DNA of 64,000 nucleotides, from the sequence record MN850566.1; one strand, 5' to 3'. Position 1 is the stretch's first letter; the number at the start of each line of letters is the position of its first letter. The notes beneath the pieces were generated by a model. That model did not search any database. It was given only the letters and a program-made list of their open reading frames with translations, and was not told the origin of the DNA. Source of the stretch: Escherichia phage garuso. Below are positions 51,724 to 64,000 of the stretch, in pieces. The position numbers and the translations under genes are program-made.

Positions 51724-52121
51724 GACTCTTAAACAGACACAGCTTTGTAGTAAAGCGTAAAGTCTCTGAAGACGGTTATTATAACGATGATGGTGATTGG
51801 GTAGCTTCACAAGATATTGTAGAGGTTAACTGTAAAGGTAATATCCAGCCATATATCAAAGGTTCTGTAAAGAACGGTACACAGATTGCTTTACCGGAAG
51901 GTATTAGACTTACCGATACAAGAATCCTGTATACCACATATAAGCTTAGAACTTCAGATGATGTAGAGTGGAATGAGTCTGATATTGTTATGATTGATGG
52001 TCATGAGTATGAAGTATTTATGACTATGGATTGGTCACAGCAATTAGCCCATACGTCCCATTATGAATATATCATTATTAGAAGGGATAAAATGAATGCA
52101 GTTAGAAACAGCAGAACTTGA
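51720..52121 (+). CDS. Hypothetical head-tail joining protein (133 aa)
   Basis: Track ORF; overlapping start. Confidence 0.45.
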   Translation: MRLLNRHSFVVKRKVSEDGYYNDDGDWVASQDIVEVNCKGNIQPYIKGSVKNGTQIALPEGIRLTDTRILYTTYKLRTSDDVEWNESDIVMIDGHEYEVFMTMDWSQQLAHTSHYEYIIIRRDKMNAVRNSRT

Positions 52122-52695
52122 AAAAGGTCTAGTTAGAACCTTAGTGGATGTTATTGGTCACAGATTAGCTCGTGATAAAAATAATAGGCCAAACGTAATT
52201 AGGGCTTACCCTTCTGATAACTCAAATGACAAAGGTTTAAAACCTGACCAGCCATTTATCACCGTATATTGTCAAGATGCTGCAACACCTTATGGTTGGG
52301 TTCTTGATAAGTTTGTTGAGGATGATGTAGTTTGCTACAGAATTGCTTTTCAGATTCCTGTATTGATTACGGTAAATGGTAAAGGTGCTCACAGTATTAT
52401 GCTTGAGCTTAAACAACGATTAGAGATGAGTTCAGTCAGAGATTTAATCCTTGAAGAAACAGGAGCTACAGTACTAGACACTGGAGCTATCCCGAATGAC
52501 TATACTTATCTCAATACAGATTTCGAAAATTCTGCGCCTCTTGTTGTAACTCTTGTAAAAAACTCAGTCCTGAAAGATGAACGCGGAAGTATTATTGAGT
52601 GTGTCATTGTTGATGGTGAGTTGGTTTATGAAGAAGGACAAGAGCCACCAGAATATACTATCCATCTAGATGTAGACTCCAAAGGGGTAAAATAA
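52096..52695 (+). CDS. Hypothetical tail-completion protein (199 aa)
   Basis: Track ORF. Confidence 0.45.
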   Translation: MQLETAELEKGLVRTLVDVIGHRLARDKNNRPNVIRAYPSDNSNDKGLKPDQPFITVYCQDAATPYGWVLDKFVEDDVVCYRIAFQIPVLITVNGKGAHSIMLELKQRLEMSSVRDLILEETGATVLDTGAIPNDYTYLNTDFENSAPLVVTLVKNSVLKDERGSIIECVIVDGELVYEEGQEPPEYTIHLDVDSKGVK

Positions 52696-54048
52696 ATGTG
52701 GAATCCAATTGTTAATGTAGATATTACATTGAACACCGCAGGAACTACAAGAGAAGGTTTTGGTTTGCCACTATTCTTAGCTTCAACAGATAACTTTGAA
52801 GAAAGAGTACGTGGTTACACTTCCTTAACTGAAGTTGCTGAAGATTTCGATGAAAACTCTGCTGCATATAAGGCTGCTAAACAACTTTGGAGTCAGACTC
52901 CTAAAGTAACTCAGCTTTATATTGGTAGACGTGCTATGCAGTACACTGTATCAATTCCTGATGCCGTTACCGAAAGTACAGACTACTCAATTACTGTAGC
53001 TGTTGGCGGTGGAATTTCTCAACCATACCAGTACACAGCACAAGATTCAGACACTGCTGAGGTAGTGTTGCAACAGTTTAAAACACAGATTGAAGCTGAC
53101 CCAACAATCAAAGATAAGGTTTCTGTGAATGTAACTGGTAGCAATGGCTCTGCCACAATGATTATTACCAAAGCTGGTGATAATGACTTTGTGAAAGTAA
53201 CAACCACAGCACAGACTGTATATATTGCAAGTACAACTGCCGATACAGCAGCAACTGCTCTGGCAGCTATCGAAGCTTATTCTACCGACTGGTATTTCAT
53301 TGCAGCAGAAGACAGAACTCAACAGTTTGTCTTAGCAATGGCTTCTGAGATTCAGGCTCGCAAGAAAATCTTCTTTACAGCTAACTCGGATGTAACAGCA
53401 CTGCAAGGCACAGAACTAGCCAGTGCAAATGATGTTCCAGCACAGCTTGCTAAGAATATGTACACTCGTACAGTTTGCTTGTGGCATCACGCAGCAGCAG
53501 AAGATTACCCAGAGATGGCATACATTGCTTATGGTGCTCCATATGATGCAGGTTCAATTGCTTGGGGTAATGCTCAACTAACTGGTGTAGCAGCTTCTCT
53601 ACAACCATCTAATCAGAGACCTCTGACAAGTATTCAGAAGTCTGCTTTAGATGTACGTCACTGTAACTTTATTGACCTTGATGGTGGTGTTCCAGTGGTT
53701 CGTAGAGGGATTACTTCTGGTGGGGAATGGATTGATATCGTCCGTGGTGTTGACTGGTTAGAATCAGACCTGAAAACTTCTCTGAGAGACTTGCTAATTA
53801 ACCAGAAGGGTGGTAAGATTACTTATGATGATACTGGTATTACCCGTATTCGTCAAGTCATTGAAACCTCTCTGCAAAGAGCAGTCAACAGAAACTTCCT
53901 GTCATCTTACACAGTTAATGTTCCTAAAGCCTCTCAAGTTGCTTTAGCAGACAAGAAAGCGCGTATCCTAAAAGATGTTACCTTCGCAGGTATCTTAGCA
54001 GGGGCTATCTTGGATGTTGACTTGAAAGGTACAGTGGCTTACGAATAA
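52696..54048 (+). CDS. Tail sheath protein (putative)
   Basis: 450-aa ORF followed by a ~150-aa ORF (tube candidate) and a strong terminator; call is positional. Confidence 0.45.
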   Translation: MWNPIVNVDITLNTAGTTREGFGLPLFLASTDNFEERVRGYTSLTEVAEDFDENSAAYKAAKQLWSQTPKVTQLYIGRRAMQYTVSIPDAVTESTDYSITVAVGGGISQPYQYTAQDSDTAEVVLQQFKTQIEADPTIKDKVSVNVTGSNGSATMIITKAGDNDFVKVTTTAQTVYIASTTADTAATALAAIEAYSTDWYFIAAEDRTQQFVLAMASEIQARKKIFFTANSDVTALQGTELASANDVPAQLAKNMYTRTVCLWHHAAAEDYPEMAYIAYGAPYDAGSIAWGNAQLTGVAASLQPSNQRPLTSIQKSALDVRHCNFIDLDGGVPVVRRGITSGGEWIDIVRGVDWLESDLKTSLRDLLINQKGGKITYDDTGITRIRQVIETSLQRAVNRNFLSSYTVNVPKASQVALADKKARILKDVTFAGILAGAILDVDLKGTVAYE

Positions 54049-54063
54049 TAGAGGTAAATTGGA

Positions 54064-54510
54064 ATGGCTATGTATCAGCAATATTCCCCTAAAGACGTTG
54101 TATGTAGCTGGAACGGCATTGCTATTGAAGGCTTTGCTCCAGACTCATTCTTGCGTCTACAGAGAACATCACCACTTGTGACACCAGTTGTTGGTGCAGG
54201 TGGTCAGGTTGCTCTGACAAGAAATGCAGACAAGACAGGCACTATTGAGATTGAGTTAATGCAGACTTCTCTCTCTAACCAGATGCTTTCTGCAATTCAA
54301 GCTAAACAAGACAATATGGAACTTGAAGAAGATATCTCTTCTAACTTCGTAATCTACGACCCATCAGGCTCTGTTCTGGCAACTGGTATTAACGCTTGGT
54401 TGCAGGAGTTACCACAGATTGAACTTGGTCGTGACCAGAACTCTAAAACTTGGATTTTTGGTTGTGAGAAGTTAGACTACACTTCTACAATTCCAGCGTC
54501 AAGTGTTTAA
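54064..54510 (+). CDS. Tail tube protein (putative)
   Basis: 148-aa ORF after the sheath candidate; strong terminator at about 54522-54556. Confidence 0.45.
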   Translation: MAMYQQYSPKDVVCSWNGIAIEGFAPDSFLRLQRTSPLVTPVVGAGGQVALTRNADKTGTIEIELMQTSLSNQMLSAIQAKQDNMELEEDISSNFVIYDPSGSVLATGINAWLQELPQIELGRDQNSKTWIFGCEKLDYTSTIPASSV

Positions 54511-54521
54511 TAAATCCTATA

Positions 54522-54556
54522 AGGGGGAGACTTTAAAAGGTCTTCCCCTTTTTTGT
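54522..54556 (+). terminator. Intrinsic terminator after the tail tube candidate
   Basis: GGGGGAGAC-TTTAAAAG-GTCTTCCCC followed by TTTTTTGTTTCTTTT. Confidence 0.65.
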
Positions 54557-54583
54557 TTCTTTTAAAAGTATTAAGGAATCACA

Positions 54584-54982
54584 ATGAAAACAGAATCTAG
54601 AGTAATTAATGGTAAGAAAGTAAATATCGTTCTGCTTGGGGCAAGAGATGGTATTAAGATGTCTATGAAGTTGGGTAAAATTGTTGTTCCAACCTTTGCA
54701 CAGATGCTATCAAGTCTGACTGACAAGGATAAGAAAGAAGCTCCAATGGTTCCATTTAAAGAACTTGTTGAAGCTTGTTTTGACAGAATTGAAGAAATTA
54801 ACCTTGAAGAGATGGCAACCCTGTTATTTCAAGGGGCAACTGTTGATGACTTCCCACTTAATATTGATACGTACTTCCAAGCAAACTACGGTGAATTTAT
54901 TGATTACTTAGCATTTGCGCTGGAGGCAAACTTCGGAAGTTTTTTCGAAGCAAGCATTTTCAAAAGCCTAACTTCTCAGTAA
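54584..54982 (+). CDS. Tail assembly chaperone (putative)
   Basis: 132-aa ORF upstream of the tape-measure gene. Confidence 0.45.
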   Translation: MKTESRVINGKKVNIVLLGARDGIKMSMKLGKIVVPTFAQMLSSLTDKDKKEAPMVPFKELVEACFDRIEEINLEEMATLLFQGATVDDFPLNIDTYFQANYGEFIDYLAFALEANFGSFFEASIFKSLTSQ

Positions 54983-54984
54983 AC

Positions 54985-55223
54985 ATGGGTAATACTCTAC
55001 AGACACCACTGACTGATGCTGCTGTAGAGGCAACCTATGAAGAAGCAGACGAGATGAAATTTGTGCTTGCTATTTATGGTATGGAAGGGTGTAAAGAAAC
55101 ACTTGACCAACTCTTTGCTATGACATTCTCTGATTTATTATCATTGAGACAATTTCTTGAGATTCAGAGGTCGTATAAAGAGGAAATTGCTTACAACGAA
55201 CTTAGAAGAGCAGGAAAAATGTA

Positions 55224-55224
<1 letters not shown>
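54985..55224 (+). CDS. Tail assembly protein (putative, 79 aa)
   Basis: Track ORF directly upstream of and overlapping the tape-measure start. Confidence 0.4.
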
Positions 55225-63222
<7,998 letters not shown>

Positions 63223-63224
63223 TA

Positions 63225-64000
63225 ATGGCAGTAGGTGAAATTCAAATTAGTGCCTTGCCTCAAGCAGCCTTACCAATTGACCTTAGTGATATCTTCCATC
63301 TTAAACAGGGTATCGAGGATAAGAGATGCACTCTTGAGCAATTACTTGCTCCACACTCAAGCCTAAGAAATAACCCTCATGGTGTTACTAAGACACAAAT
63401 TGGTTTAGATAACGTTATTAATGCTCTCCAGTTAGTTGCTGAAAATAACTTATCAGACATTGTTAATGTAGCTGAGGCAAGAGCAAATCTACAGATTATG
63501 TCTTCAGAAGAGGTTAATAATCTTATTCAACAACATATTGATGATAAGAGCAACCCACACAATACCACTAAGGCACAGGTTGGATTAAGTAATGTTCAGA
63601 ACTGGGTGACATCTAACCTTTATAATGAGGATGCAGATAAGTATGCTACAGCAAGAGCAGTAAATAACTTGTACAAGGCTGTTCAGGCTTCTTATCCAGT
63701 AGGTACTATCCATCTCTCTATGAATCCTGCAAACCCTTCTACATATTTAATTTGTGGAGGTACTTGGGAGTTAGTTTCAAAAGGAAGAGCACTTGTAGGT
63801 TATGATAGTGCTTCTAGGCCAGTTGGTTCAACGTTTGGTTCGCAGACTACTGCACTGACAGTTAACAACATTCCTGCACATACTCACTCAGTATACGTCA
63901 CTGGTGGTGGTCACACACATGGTGCAACGGCCTCTATCAGTGCTTTTGACTACGGTACTAAAGGGACTACAACGTTTGACTATGGAACAAAGACTGTATC
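63225..64000 (+). CDS. Tail fibre protein, 3'-partial (runs off window end)
   Basis: ATG 63225 opens a frame with no stop to the window end (so absent from the track); tail-fibre-like repeats (…NPHGVTKTQIGLDNV… / …NPHNTTKAQVGLSNV…) and His-rich HxH segment (…HTHSVYVTGGGHTHGA…). Confidence 0.55.
   Translation, partial: MAVGEIQISALPQAALPIDLSDIFHLKQGIEDKRCTLEQLLAPHSSLRNNPHGVTKTQIGLDNVINALQLVAENNLSDIVNVAEARANLQIMSSEEVNNLIQQHIDDKSNPHNTTKAQVGLSNVQNWVTSNLYNEDADKYATARAVNNLYKAVQASYPVGTIHLSMNPANPSTYLICGGTWELVSKGRALVGYDSASRPVGSTFGSQTTALTVNNIPAHTHSVYVTGGGHTHGATASISAFDYGTKGTTTFDYGTKTV

Overview
This 64-kb window is an AT-rich stretch of a virulent tailed-phage genome; the gene content resembles Felix-O1-like myoviruses, but that assignment is from memory, not a search. 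Left to right on the + strand: a nucleotide-metabolism module (nrdA partial, nrdB, glutaredoxin-like, nrdD, nrdG) with an HNH endonuclease, then a Prs-like/NAMPT-like pair, an Hsp90-like GHKL ATPase, a lytic transglycosylase, an overlapping spanin-like pair and a macro-domain protein. From 21.0 to 27.2 kb there are 15 small genes, most behind one of two repeated promoter/hairpin/RBS cassettes. A 1.6-kb ORF-free, repeat-dense region (27.2-28.8 kb) sits at a convergent junction, followed by a minus-strand block (28.8-35.8 kb) that includes a T4-lysozyme-like endolysin. The + strand then carries a Ro60/Rsr-like TROVE-vWA protein immediately upstream of a cluster of about 27 tRNA genes (38.0-43.5 kb), interleaved with a second HNH endonuclease and two other ORFs. 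The window ends with a structural module: terminase, portal, protease/scaffold, major capsid, sheath/tube candidates, tape measure, baseplate and a 3'-partial tail fibre. The most interesting signal is the Ro60-like gene plus a family of covarying stem-closed RNA elements inside the tRNA cluster, one of which encloses a permuted tRNA-like module (T-arm, acceptor, D-arm), i.e. a candidate phage Y-RNA system. tRNA and RNA-element coordinates were folded by eye and may be off by 1-2 nt; all protein calls rest on motifs read from the ORF translations.
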